DNA of 64,000 bases from positions 608,001-672,000 of the forward strand of contig OZ245838.1 in the NCBI GenBank assembly GCA_965228735.1, in the 5' to 3' direction. The stretch comes from Planctomycetota bacterium. Lineage in GTDB: Bacteria; Planctomycetota; UBA1135; UBA2386. Both the position numbers and the translations under genes were made by a program. Under the pieces are notes generated by a model. The model worked only from the letters and a program-made list of their open reading frames with translations. It was not told the DNA's origin and did no database searches. This document shows positions 19,238 through 28,720 of the stretch, piece after piece; within the stretch, counting starts at the first letter, position 1; the number at the start of each line of letters is the position of its first letter.

Positions 19238-20176
19238 ATGACATCACGAAAGAATGGAATCGAACGGAACGAGTTCCAGGGCAACTACACCGTCGCGACG
19301 CGTGCGGAGTTGGAGGCGATCCTCGTCGCGCATCGCGAACGCCGGTTGGGCAAAGACCGCATGCGCGTCTTCGCCGCGATGCTCGAGAAGCGGGCGCTTC
19401 ACGCACGCAGTCGCGTCGACATGCAGCGTATCGTGAACGCCAAGCGATCGACTGCGAAGCAGCTGTCGCGCGGTCGCATCGAGCGCCTCGAGAAGGAGCT
19501 CGGTGACCTGCTGGCGGGCACCCCGAAGGGCGGCAAGAAGGTCGCGGTCTCACGGAAGATGGCCAAGCACATTGCGACGGGTCAGGCCGCGTGCTCGGAG
19601 GCGATCGTGTTGCTCTACTACTGCATGCGTCGGCTCAAGCAGCGGCAGCGACGGGCGCGCCTGCTGGAGGGGGAGCGCTACGCGCGGTTTCGATACGCGG
19701 ACCTGGCTGCGCTCTCTGGGTGTGGGCGGTCGACGCTATGTCGAGCCGTCGAGAGGCTGCGGCGGCGCGGCTACCTGCAGGCACTCGAGGTACGGCAGGC
19801 CAATGAGAACGCCAACGGCTGTCTGTTCGTCGACGGTTCGCTGGTGACGATGACGTCGCATGTAGGTCGGCGATGGCGCTCGCGGCAAAAAACGACAACG
19901 CCCCCGCCGGTTTCTGACAACGCCCCTGATGCGTTTTCGACAACGCTAGATAACAGAGATCCCAAAACAGAGATCCTCAACAGGAGAGGCTTCCCCTTTG
20001 CGTTGGTCGAGAGAGGCGGAGCACTGGTGGCGATGTTGGCGAACCCGAGGCCGGCGAGCGCTCGGCGAGCAGATCCGGTGCCGTCTGTAACCGTGCGGTC
20101 TAGGTGCCCGGAGTTCTTGCGGATTCAGGAGCGGGCGAGGCAGATGCGGGAGTCGTGGGCCGAGGCCGTGGCCTGA
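19238..20176 (+). CDS. Winged-HTH protein, putative replication initiator
   Basis: YADLAALSGCGRSTLCRAVERLRRRGYL; divergent from parA; internal iteron-like repeats. Confidence 0.55.
   Translation: MTSRKNGIERNEFQGNYTVATRAELEAILVAHRERRLGKDRMRVFAAMLEKRALHARSRVDMQRIVNAKRSTAKQLSRGRIERLEKELGDLLAGTPKGGKKVAVSRKMAKHIATGQAACSEAIVLLYYCMRRLKQRQRRARLLEGERYARFRYADLAALSGCGRSTLCRAVERLRRRGYLQALEVRQANENANGCLFVDGSLVTMTSHVGRRWRSRQKTTTPPPVSDNAPDAFSTTLDNRDPKTEILNRRGFPFALVERGGALVAMLANPRPASARRADPVPSVTVRSRCPEFLRIQERARQMRESWAEAVA
19894..19976 (+). repeat. Iteron-like repeats inside the putative rep gene
   Basis: GACAACGC at 19894, 19916, 19939; AACAGAGATCC at 19952, 19966. Confidence 0.6.
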
Positions 20177-20266
20177 CGCGAGTGTGCTACCGCACACGCG
20201 TGTGCCGGCGGCTCATAACCAAGGACAGCCAGGTAGAGCCGGAGCGCTGCGCAACCGAATGGAGGT

Positions 20267-20539
20267 ATGCGTATGAGCTACAGCTCTCCCGGTGGTCCCG
20301 AGGACCGCCAAACCCAGAAGGCCGAGCGACCGATCGATGAGGTTCGCTACGGCCGTTGCAAGGTCGTCGTCTGGCTCAACAAGACCCAGAACGGCGAGAT
20401 GCTCAATTTCGTCCCGACCCGTCTCTACAAGGACGGCGAGGAGTGGAAGGAGTCGCAGTCGCTGGGCGTCGCGGAGCTCCTGCCGATGGCAGAAGCACTC
20501 CGTGAGGCGTTCCTGCGTGCGACTTCGCCGAAGCGGTAG
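20267..20539 (+). CDS. Small protein, possible PC4-like ssDNA-binding fold (paralog 1)
   Basis: RPIDEVRYGRCKVVVWLN...RLYKDGEEWKESQSLG; GGAGG RBS; similar to 20859..21128. Confidence 0.65.
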   Translation: MRMSYSSPGGPEDRQTQKAERPIDEVRYGRCKVVVWLNKTQNGEMLNFVPTRLYKDGEEWKESQSLGVAELLPMAEALREAFLRATSPKR

Positions 20540-20858
20540 TCCAAACCCACGTCGCCCGAAACGGGCGACCAGGTTCTTTCCGATGTTCCGATAGAAGGCA
20601 AGCAGCGACCGCGCTCCACCTGGCACCTCGTCTCCGGCGGCGCCTTCGCGCCCATTCGGTTCCGTGCACATGTCGTTCGGTCTGCCATCGTCATCTTCAG
20701 GGATGGCCACACGTCTGCTCCCGGGCCGTTCTCGCGCCTGTCGGTCGCCGCGTGCAAGGACTACTCGGCCTTCGGCCTGCGTTCCTCCTTGACCCGGCGC
20801 CTCCTCGGCGCGCGCGTGCCCTCCGAACAGACGTGTAACCAACCATCTGAAGGAGGAA

Positions 20859-21128
20859 ATGATGGAAGAGAACAACAGACCAGTGCACGAGATCAGGATG
20901 GGCGGCGTGAAGGCGTCCATCTGGCAGAACGAGGCCAAGAACGGTGGGAGCTTCTACTCGGCTAGCTTCCACACGCTCTACCGGGATTCGGAAGGCAGCT
21001 GGCGTCGGTCCTCGAGCTTCGGGCGCGAGGACCTGCTGCTGCTGGCGAAGGTCGCCAACGAGGTCCACTCGTACATGCTGATGCAGTCGGCGCAGGCCGC
21101 CGAGGCAGAAGCGGACGACGGCGAGTAG
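20859..21128 (+). CDS. Small protein, possible PC4-like ssDNA-binding fold (paralog 2)
   Basis: RPVHEIRMGGVKASIWQN...LYRDSEGSWRRSSSFG; AGGAGG RBS. Confidence 0.7.
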   Translation: MMEENNRPVHEIRMGGVKASIWQNEAKNGGSFYSASFHTLYRDSEGSWRRSSSFGREDLLLLAKVANEVHSYMLMQSAQAAEAEADDGE

Positions 21129-21241
21129 CGACACGCCTTGCCAACCTGCCCGGCGCCCTTGTTGGCGCCGGGCGCTTTCGCGCTCGGCTGCAGCAGCTCG
21201 GCATGACGGCTCGGTGCGCTCGCCCTGCGTGTGGCACGTGC

Positions 21242-21946
21242 CGCGCCAGCGAAGCTGTCACGCCACCTGCATAGCACGCGGCTCGCGCCCGTGTTCTCCA
21301 GGTAGGTGCGCCGACGAACGGCGCACGGTCGTCCTGCTTTCCCTGATGGGGTGCGGGCGTTCTGAGGCCGAGGCGAAGAACTGCCCGCACCCCTCAACGG
21401 GAAAGCGTGACCGGGGAAGGAGGCGGGCCCAAACGACGGAGGTCGACATGGATGCATTCGAAGACAAGAGAGGCCGGACGTTCCCACTAGGACGTCTTGT
21501 GAGCACGCCGGCGGCGCTGGCAGCGATTCCCCCTGACGAGATTCAGGCGGCGTTGGGCCGCCATGTGCAGGGAGACTGGGGCGAGTGTTGTCCCGAGGAC
21601 TGGGAGGAGAACGACCTGTCGTTGAAGCAGGGCTTCCGGCTGTTCTCGGTCTACCGGAGCTCGGCGGGAACCAAGTTCTGGATCATCACGGAGGCGGACC
21701 GGTCGGCGACGACGGTGCTGTTGCCGGCAGACTACTGATCCTCGAGGGAGGCCAGCGCACGCTGGCTTCCCGCTTAGGGGGTGAGATGCGCCGCTTCAAT
21801 CGTGCGCGTGCGCCATCGCAAGCACGGTCGACGCGCCAGCGAAGCTGTCACGGCCCGTGCAGGCGATGGCGTTGTTCGCGCACCGTTTCTCCACGTGGTG
21901 CGCACGCTCCTTCGCAGCACGTCCTCGCGCCAGCGAAGCTGTCACG
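21242..21946 (+). repeat. Three perfect 21-bp dispersed direct repeats
   Basis: CGCGCCAGCGAAGCTGTCACG at 21242-21262, 21832-21852, 21926-21946. Confidence 0.9.
21448..21738 (+). CDS. Plasmid/ICE-type small conserved protein (96 aa)
   Basis: FPLGRLVSTP...RHVQGDWG...RLFSVY...WIITEADRSATTVLLPADY; GGAGG RBS. Confidence 0.85.
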   Translation: MDAFEDKRGRTFPLGRLVSTPAALAAIPPDEIQAALGRHVQGDWGECCPEDWEENDLSLKQGFRLFSVYRSSAGTKFWIITEADRSATTVLLPADY

Positions 21947-22136
21947 GTCCGTGCAACGCTTCGGTGCTTCCGCGCGCCGCTTCTCTCTTCTGGTGCGCCT
22001 GCAGGCAGGCGCTCAGTCTGGCTCTTTCCTTCGGGAGGGGCTCGGCGTTCTCAGCGCGCTGTGAAGAACCGCCTGCGCCCCTCACCGGGAAACAGCATTT
22101 CGGGTGAGGGGGCGGGCCGCATGCAAGGAGGAAAGC

Positions 22137-22838
22137 ATGAGAGAGAACGCAACATCAACACCAACCCTCGACCCCATGAGCAACGAGGTGTCGCCCTACG
22201 CAGCGACGGCCGGACTTAGCTCGGTAGTGTCCTATCCCAAGCGGTGCAACCTCTGGGGTGACGCTCGCTACCGGGGCAACTGCGATGGCACGTTGTTCAA
22301 GGAGCTCGTCTTGCGCTACCGCGCGAAACGGGTTGCCGACCCGATGATGGGTTCCGGAACGACCCGAGACGTCATTGCGGGGCTCAACGAGGCGACGGGG
22401 AGTCGAATCCGCTACTGGGGCGGCGACCTGAAGAAGGGCTTCGACCTCTACGAGGAGCAGCCGCGAGGTGAGTTCGACTTCGTGTGGGTGCACCCGCCCT
22501 ACTTCAACATCGTCAGCTACGGTGGTGGCGAGAAAGACCTGAGTTCGGAGGCCCACTACAAGCGGTTCATCACGAAGCTGACGGTCTGCCTGCGGAACGC
22601 CTACGAGTCGCTTGCCTTTGGTGGACACCTCGCCGTCTTGGTCGCGGATGTTCGGCGAGCGGGTGGTTACTACGCGCTAGGCAGAGACGTGATGAACATG
22701 GAGCCATGCCTGGGCGCGATGCGGTCGGTGATCATCAAGACGCAGCACAACTGCAAGTCCGATGGACGCACCTACGCGCGCATGAAGCACGTCCCCATCA
22801 AGCACGAGTACTGCGTGGTCTTTGAGAAGACGTCGTAG
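22137..22838 (+). CDS. Orphan amino (N4/N6) DNA methyltransferase
   Basis: DPMMGSGTT SAM motif, HPPY catalytic motif; no adjacent REase. Confidence 0.85.
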   Translation: MRENATSTPTLDPMSNEVSPYAATAGLSSVVSYPKRCNLWGDARYRGNCDGTLFKELVLRYRAKRVADPMMGSGTTRDVIAGLNEATGSRIRYWGGDLKKGFDLYEEQPRGEFDFVWVHPPYFNIVSYGGGEKDLSSEAHYKRFITKLTVCLRNAYESLAFGGHLAVLVADVRRAGGYYALGRDVMNMEPCLGAMRSVIIKTQHNCKSDGRTYARMKHVPIKHEYCVVFEKTS

Positions 22839-22851
22839 CACAAGCAAGCGG

Positions 22852-23244
22852 CTACGCCTGGCGCTTCGGAGCGAGCGCCACGGCGTCGCCCTTGTGTTCG
22901 AAGCTCTCGTGCTTCAGCGCCTGTCTGAAGCGGAGCGCGAGACCTGTTCGCGTCTTGCCCTTCGCCTTCAGGTTGTCCGCGACGCGCTTCGAGAGCTCTT
23001 CTTCGTGAAGCGCTCCGTCCTGCAGCAGCGCCGCCATCTCTGCGATGACCTCCGTGGTCTTCACGCCGGTTCCGGCCGACTTCTTCTTCTTGACCTTCTC
23101 GCTACCCGTGAGCGCGGCGAGCGCCGTTTCGACGCGCTGCAGCTGCTCTTCGAGCTTCAGGAGTGACGCCCTTACGCCGTCGGCCTCCGCCTGCAGGCGT
23201 TGGCGTTCTTCGCGCAGTCCCGTGACATGATGTTCTAGAACCAT
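22852..23244 (-). CDS. Small coiled-coil plus putative DNA-binding protein
   Basis: GGAGG RBS, N-terminal heptads, basic linker. Confidence 0.55.
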   Translation of the reverse strand: MVLEHHVTGLREERQRLQAEADGVRASLLKLEEQLQRVETALAALTGSEKVKKKKSAGTGVKTTEVIAEMAALLQDGALHEEELSKRVADNLKAKGKTRTGLALRFRQALKHESFEHKGDAVALAPKRQA

Positions 23245-23572
23245 GCCTCCCCCTATAGCCCATGCGAAGAACAGGGAACGAGGAACAAGGAACACACCCG
23301 ATGCACCTGGCGGTGCGGACGCCGCGGCGGTGTCCTGCGGTAAGTCGAGACGTGATGGTGACTCGCGGCGTCAACGGCGTGTTTACGCCCAGTGCGGGCG
23401 GATCGGGGGAAGTCGGGGCGAGGAGCGGAGTTGCCGGTGTAAACGCGACGAGCGTGGCGGGGCGCGATGTTTACGCGTTGTCGGACACGGTTCTCGGGTC
23501 GGTGTGCTTTGCCATCCGCGTCGGGGGTCTTAGGCTCGCCTCGGCGCAGACCGGATGCAGATGGCGTAGATC

Positions 23573-24427
23573 GTGAGCAAACAGAAGAAGAACGACGGAT
23601 CGAAGAGCGTTGCTTCCGAGGAGGCTACAAGCCAGTCGAGGGCGGGCGATGAGTTCGTCATAGGGAAGCAGCAGGCTGACCGGCTAGGAGATCGGGGCGA
23701 AGGTGGTGAGGCTGCGAGCCTCTTTACGAGCATCAAGGGAGAGCGCCCGCTTCTGTTGAGGAGAATGCTGAGCTGGTTCTTTGCCGTTGACCATCGTGGA
23801 GGTGCGAGCTTGTCGGACGTCGCGTTGGCGCTCGGCATCGATGACGTTGAGGCACAGGCGTGCCTCGGGATTCTCAGCGAGGCAAAGCTCCTGCGTATCG
23901 AGGTAGCCGATGTTGCGCGCTACAGGGTCTCGCTAGCCGGACGCGGGGAGGCTCTTGCGCAGTTGCCGGCAATCGCCGGCGATGCAGACTCAAGCGCTCG
24001 CGAGTTGGCTGACCGTAGTCGCGTGGCACCGGCGAAGCTCCTCGATGACGCGTTCGAACGTGCTGCGGGAGCAGCTTGGGCTGTTGTCACCGGCGATCTC
24101 AAACCTGCTAGGCGAGATGTCCAGGCGTGGCTGGACGCGGTCAACGAACAGGTGCACGGTGCGGGCGACGCGATCGGGCACTTCGGGTCGTTCGAGTCGA
24201 ACTCTCGCTTCGCTGCCCGGCTTCGTCTCTTGTTGCAGGGGCTTGGCGACCTGCACCTCAAGGATCCGAAGACTGGCAAGCCCGGGGTGCTCTACCACGT
24301 CAAGTCTCCGGGATGCCCCGTTGGTCGGTTCGTTTTCCGAGTGGCCGAAGCAAACGGGCGGCAGCGAATCGGGAAGGCGTCGGTTGCCCTCCCTAGGCTC
24401 GAGCTAGCTGAGGAATCGAATGCCTAG
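23573..24427 (+). CDS. Hypothetical protein with a wHTH-like segment
   Basis: ASLSDVALALGIDDVEAQACLGILSEAKLL. Confidence 0.5.
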   Translation: MSKQKKNDGSKSVASEEATSQSRAGDEFVIGKQQADRLGDRGEGGEAASLFTSIKGERPLLLRRMLSWFFAVDHRGGASLSDVALALGIDDVEAQACLGILSEAKLLRIEVADVARYRVSLAGRGEALAQLPAIAGDADSSARELADRSRVAPAKLLDDAFERAAGAAWAVVTGDLKPARRDVQAWLDAVNEQVHGAGDAIGHFGSFESNSRFAARLRLLLQGLGDLHLKDPKTGKPGVLYHVKSPGCPVGRFVFRVAEANGRQRIGKASVALPRLELAEESNA

Positions 24428-24505
24428 TCCACTTTGCCGGCCGCCTGGGCGGAATACCCGATCGTTGTAAACGCCTGTAAACGCGGACCGATCTAACCCT
24501 TCGGG

Positions 24506-24534
24506 TTGTTACTGGCACAATGTGCCAGTATAGA
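24506..24534 (+). promoter_or_regulatory. Sigma70-like promoter with a palindromic operator for the mobilisation operon
   Basis: TTGTTA-17 bp-TATAGA overlapping the palindrome TACTGGCACA-A-TGTGCCAGTA (24510-24530). Confidence 0.6.
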
Positions 24535-24540
24535 GAGGGC

Positions 24541-24915
24541 ATGACGCGCTCACAGCGAAGGCCCATCGGACCGGGTGACTACCACGGCATCGCGAGTGCG
24601 ATGGCGTGGGTCCACCTCTTCACCCCTGAGCCGCGTCGTCTTCGGTTCGTTCCTCCAACTGCACATCGGCGAGGGCTGATGCTGCTCGTCGACGGAGAGC
24701 CGCGTCCGGCCAGGGAGCGGGTGTGGCGCCGGGTGATCTCGAGTGCTCAGGAACACGGATACGAGGTCGCCGCTCAAGCAAGCGCGCCTACCGGCAGCGG
24801 CAAGGCTGACGACGGAGCCACAGAGGTCGTCGCCATCTTCTGCGATGACAGCGGCGAAGAGGCCTTGTTCATGGAGCTGTGGGCTGACGCGGTCATCGCT
24901 GAGGAGGGCAAGTGA
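24541..24915 (+). CDS. Hypothetical protein (domain duplicated in next gene)
   Basis: Aligns by eye with the C-terminal part of 24912..25433. Confidence 0.65.
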   Translation: MTRSQRRPIGPGDYHGIASAMAWVHLFTPEPRRLRFVPPTAHRRGLMLLVDGEPRPARERVWRRVISSAQEHGYEVAAQASAPTGSGKADDGATEVVAIFCDDSGEEALFMELWADAVIAEEGK

Positions 24916-25433
24916 GCAGGTTCGCCTTGCGCACTGTTGCCTGTCGTCTCGACCTGGGCCTGCATAGCGACCTCGTTGCCTTCGCCCGACGGGAAGGCCT
25001 GAGCGTTTCGTCCGCGATTAGCGAACTGGTCCATCGTGGCTTGATCATGGCAGCGGATCAGGAGGATGACCTCGATCAGGCTTGGCCAGCTAGGCCGGAC
25101 GATCCTGAGGTCATTGCGGCTTCCATGGCCTGGTCACAGTTGGCCGTCGATCCTGGGCGCACCACTAGGTTCGTGCGTCCGCTGAGCGACCGGCGTGGCC
25201 TCGTGCTGCTCATCGATGGTGTGCGGTCTGGGGCTCGAGCAGCGGTTTGGGATCGGGTGATCTCGGAAGTCCGGATGCGCGGCTACTCGATCGCCGCGCG
25301 AGCGACGGCCCCGACGTTCGGGGGTTACCCAAATGCGGTCGAGGTCCTCGCCATCTTCACGGAGGACGAGGAAGACGAGGCCAACTTCGAGGCCGTGTGG
25401 GCCGACGCCATCACCGTCGAGGAAAACGCATGA
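24912..25433 (+). CDS. RHH domain fused to the duplicated unknown domain
   Basis: TVACRLDLGLHSDLVAFARREGLSVSSAISELV; GTGA overlap. Confidence 0.65.
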   Translation: MSRFALRTVACRLDLGLHSDLVAFARREGLSVSSAISELVHRGLIMAADQEDDLDQAWPARPDDPEVIAASMAWSQLAVDPGRTTRFVRPLSDRRGLVLLIDGVRSGARAAVWDRVISEVRMRGYSIAARATAPTFGGYPNAVEVLAIFTEDEEDEANFEAVWADAITVEENA

Positions 25434-25789
25434 CCAATCTCAGCGGCAAGGTGACCTCCGTTCGTCTGGACTCGGACATGTACGCCGAACTCATGCTGAG
25501 GGCCAAGCGCTCCGGGAAGTCGCTCTCCGAGGTGATTCGCGACTTGCTTGCTGACGCGATCGGCGTGGAAGGCCGGGAGGTCGAGTCACCAGCTGGCGGC
25601 GTAGGCCTCGTAGCAAACCAGCTGCTGCACGCAGTGGCTGTGTTGGGCGAGCGTCAGAAGGCGTTCGGCGAGGCGATTCTGCTGAACTTCGCTAAGGACG
25701 GCGACGTCGGCCGCAAGGCCGTCAACAAGTGGGTGAAGGAGAAGGTGCCCGTGATGCCGGTGCCGAACCACGACATGAACGGGAGCTGA
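25430..25789 (+). CDS. Ribbon-helix-helix protein (relaxosome accessory candidate)
   Basis: VTSVRLDSDMYAELMLRAKRSGKSLSEVIRDLL; ATGA overlap; precedes the relaxase. Confidence 0.75.
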   Translation: MTNLSGKVTSVRLDSDMYAELMLRAKRSGKSLSEVIRDLLADAIGVEGREVESPAGGVGLVANQLLHAVAVLGERQKAFGEAILLNFAKDGDVGRKAVNKWVKEKVPVMPVPNHDMNGS

Positions 25790-26038
25790 ACGATGATGTC
25801 ACCGAGGACACAGGAGCCAGCGTCTGTCCATCTGGAGCTGGGAGACGGTCTGCGCAGATGGGGCGGGATGGGCCATCTCGTGCGACCGCACTTCATGGCT
25901 GATGAGTTGGTTCTTGAGCTCGTTGGCTACATCCAACGGGCTGCCATGAGGACGCCGCACCGAGCGCCCCGGTGCGAAGGGCAACGCCTGCGTCGCAGTT
26001 CCGCTTTCCACCTCAGCGCCAACTAGACCACGCAGCAG

Positions 26039-28720
26039 ATGCTCGTCTCCATGTCATCGGGATCCGGCAACCTCGTGTCCTACCACAGGCAGGACATCGA
26101 GCGCGAAGGTGACGAACTTCGCTTTCTGCGCTACCTGCTGCAGGACGGTGCGGTCCCCGTCTTTGGGGGTGTGGGGGCAGACGAACTGGATCTGCTTGGT
26201 GAGAAGGTCACGTTGCAGAGGTTCTCGGACATGAGTAGGGCGATTGGCCCTCAAGCCGAGCAGTTGCGTCAGAACTACGGGGACGACAGTGATGCGGCTT
26301 GGGACATGACCATCAGCGTCCCGAAGAGCGTCAGCGTCGTTGCTCTGCTCGGTAGCGACGACGTGCGCCGAACTGTGCAGGGGGCGGTGAACGAGACGGT
26401 TGACTCACTGGTCCGACACATCGAAGACCACGTGGTGAAGGCGCGGAGAGGAAAGGGTGGGATGCGCTCCGAACAGGTTGCCGGACTCGTGGTCGTGAAG
26501 TTCTGGCACATCGAGTCTCGCCACGGGGATCCGCAGCTGCATTGCCACGTTGTGATCTTCAATGCCGGCCTGAGACAGGACGGTACCTGGGGTTCCTTGC
26601 AGAGCCGTTCGCTATACGAGGCGAAGATGGCTTTGGGCGCGATGGCGACGTCCGAGTTGGCCTCGCGGCTCCGGGCCGAAGGGCTCGCGGTCCGCAAGAC
26701 GAAAGACGGTTTCGAGCTCTGCGGGATTCCAGAAGAGGTCCTCAAGGAGTTCTCGAAGGCGCGGGCGAAGCTCCTGCAGAAGGCGGGGCAGTTGGGATAC
26801 GAGTCGGCGAAGGCCCGCGAGGCGATCCAGCTACGGATCCGGCCGAGCAAGATCGAGCGTTCCTTCGACGATCTGGTCGGCGAGTGGCGGGCGACAGCGT
26901 CGCGGTATGGCGTGACGAAGCAGAGCATCAGCAGGCTGTTCGGATGGCGGGCGAAGGGAAACCTGGACCGCAGCCGGACAAATGCGCGGCGAGCTGCCAG
27001 CCGGGCGGTCGGTCAGGTCGCCGCGCAACATTCCTCCTTCCGCGAGACCGACGTTCAGAGGGTCGCCGCATATGCATGCCGAGGTGGTCATGCGCGGATC
27101 GGCGATGTCGTACGGGCGGTGGATCACGTGTTGCAGAACGATGAGCGGGTTCACAGGCTGGGCGAGCGACGCGGCAGCGTGCTCTACACCACTCGCGAGA
27201 ACTACGGGGTGGAGGTGGACGCCCTGGCGAATGCCGAGGCAATGCACAAGGCGGCGGGGCACCGCGTTCGCGAAGAGCAGCTCGACAAGGTGGCTCGGCG
27301 TCTCGGGCTGGATCGGGAGCAGCGAGTAGCGTTGAAGCACCTCGCTGGGACGAAGGGCGCTATCAAGGTCCTCAAGGGGGCGGCCGGGACCGGCAAGACG
27401 CGGCTGCTTGCCGCGCTGGTGGCGGCGGCAGATGCGGAGGGGCGACGCGTGATCGGGCTTGCTCCGACAGGTGTGGCGCGCGAGGAGCTGGCGGCCGGAG
27501 CGCGGATCGAGAGCACGTTCACCGTGGACCGGTTCGAGCGCCTGTCGCATTCGGTGCCGGCAAGAGCGCTGCGCCATCACGTGCGCATGCTCCTGCGGGT
27601 TTTGGTCAACCCGAGGAGTATGACCTGGAACCCGTCGCACATGCAGGTTCGGAAGGGCGACTACATCGTCGTCGATGAGGCTGCGATGGTGGGATTCCGC
27701 AAGCTGGCCAAGGTGATCGATAGGGCCAAGCAAGCGGGGGCGAAGGTCATCCTGTGTGGTGACGAGCGCCAGCTTGGTCCTGTGCTTTCAGGCGCCTCTC
27801 TGTTCTCAAGGCTCGCGGATCTGGTCGGCCACATCGAGCTCAAGAAGAACTGGAGGCAGCGGGAGCAACCGTGGATGCAGGCTCTCAGCGGTCACGTCCG
27901 CAGTCGCGAGGCCGACGAGGCGCTTCGCCTGCTCGCAGAACACGACAGACTCCACGTCTGCGGTGGGGAGGAGAGTCCGATCAACGCCTGTGTCGATCGC
28001 TACATGTCCTATGGGGCCGGTCAGAGGCGAGACACGCTGATCATCGCATCGACGCGCTCGCAAGTTACTCGGCTGAACGAGCAGGTGCAGAAGGCCCGAA
28101 TCGAGCGTGGCGAGCGGGTCGGTGCGCCCGTGGAACTCGGTGAGCGCGGCACCAAGCTGTATCGGGGCGCTGGAGCTTCTCCGTTGTGCTTCCACCTCGG
28201 TGACCGCGTCGTGCTGCGCCGCAACTCGTTCCGAGTTGACGTCACTGCGTTCGGTGGGCGGGGGCGCTTGTGGGCAAAGAAGCCCGGTGGCGTAGTGAAC
28301 GGAGACTTCGGAGAGGTCGTTGCTGCGAGCGGTCGTCATCTGCGCGTGCGTCTTGATCGAGAGGGGCGCAACGGGGCCGAACTGTTTGCCGACGTCGATC
28401 TGCGCGTGTATCCGCACGTCGAGCTAGGATTCGCGGCAACGATCCACCGTGTCCAGGGCAAGACCGTGGATCGAGCACTCGTGCTAGCCGATCCGGGGAA
28501 TCTGGACGCAGAACTCAGCTACGTGGCGCTGACCAGGCAGGCGCACGACCTCCATGTCTACACGCACGAGATCGCGGTTGGAGAGGGGCTCGCCGAGTTG
28601 TCCCGCAGCATGCAGCGTAGTCGGAGGGAGGAGCTTGCGACGACGATCCAGGACCAGCTGCAGCTGGAAGATCAGGCGTGGCGTCAGTCCCAGTCGCCGG
28701 GATTGGGGGTGAGGCTGTGA
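26039..28720 (+). CDS. MOBF (TrwC/TraI-like) relaxase-helicase
   Basis: DMTISVPKSVS, HIESRHGDPQLHCH, GAAGTGKT, VVDEAAMV, TIHRVQGKT, YVALTR. Confidence 0.93.
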   Translation: MLVSMSSGSGNLVSYHRQDIEREGDELRFLRYLLQDGAVPVFGGVGADELDLLGEKVTLQRFSDMSRAIGPQAEQLRQNYGDDSDAAWDMTISVPKSVSVVALLGSDDVRRTVQGAVNETVDSLVRHIEDHVVKARRGKGGMRSEQVAGLVVVKFWHIESRHGDPQLHCHVVIFNAGLRQDGTWGSLQSRSLYEAKMALGAMATSELASRLRAEGLAVRKTKDGFELCGIPEEVLKEFSKARAKLLQKAGQLGYESAKAREAIQLRIRPSKIERSFDDLVGEWRATASRYGVTKQSISRLFGWRAKGNLDRSRTNARRAASRAVGQVAAQHSSFRETDVQRVAAYACRGGHARIGDVVRAVDHVLQNDERVHRLGERRGSVLYTTRENYGVEVDALANAEAMHKAAGHRVREEQLDKVARRLGLDREQRVALKHLAGTKGAIKVLKGAAGTGKTRLLAALVAAADAEGRRVIGLAPTGVAREELAAGARIESTFTVDRFERLSHSVPARALRHHVRMLLRVLVNPRSMTWNPSHMQVRKGDYIVVDEAAMVGFRKLAKVIDRAKQAGAKVILCGDERQLGPVLSGASLFSRLADLVGHIELKKNWRQREQPWMQALSGHVRSREADEALRLLAEHDRLHVCGGEESPINACVDRYMSYGAGQRRDTLIIASTRSQVTRLNEQVQKARIERGERVGAPVELGERGTKLYRGAGASPLCFHLGDRVVLRRNSFRVDVTAFGGRGRLWAKKPGGVVNGDFGEVVAASGRHLRVRLDREGRNGAELFADVDLRVYPHVELGFAATIHRVQGKTVDRALVLADPGNLDAELSYVALTRQAHDLHVYTHEIAVGEGLAELSRSMQRSRREELATTIQDQLQLEDQAWRQSQSPGLGVRL

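Noticed and set aside
23253..23261. CTATAGCCC matching the recalled R388 nic 3' side
   Set aside because: Only 9 bp, upstream nic bases absent, and it abuts the RBS of the - strand gene.
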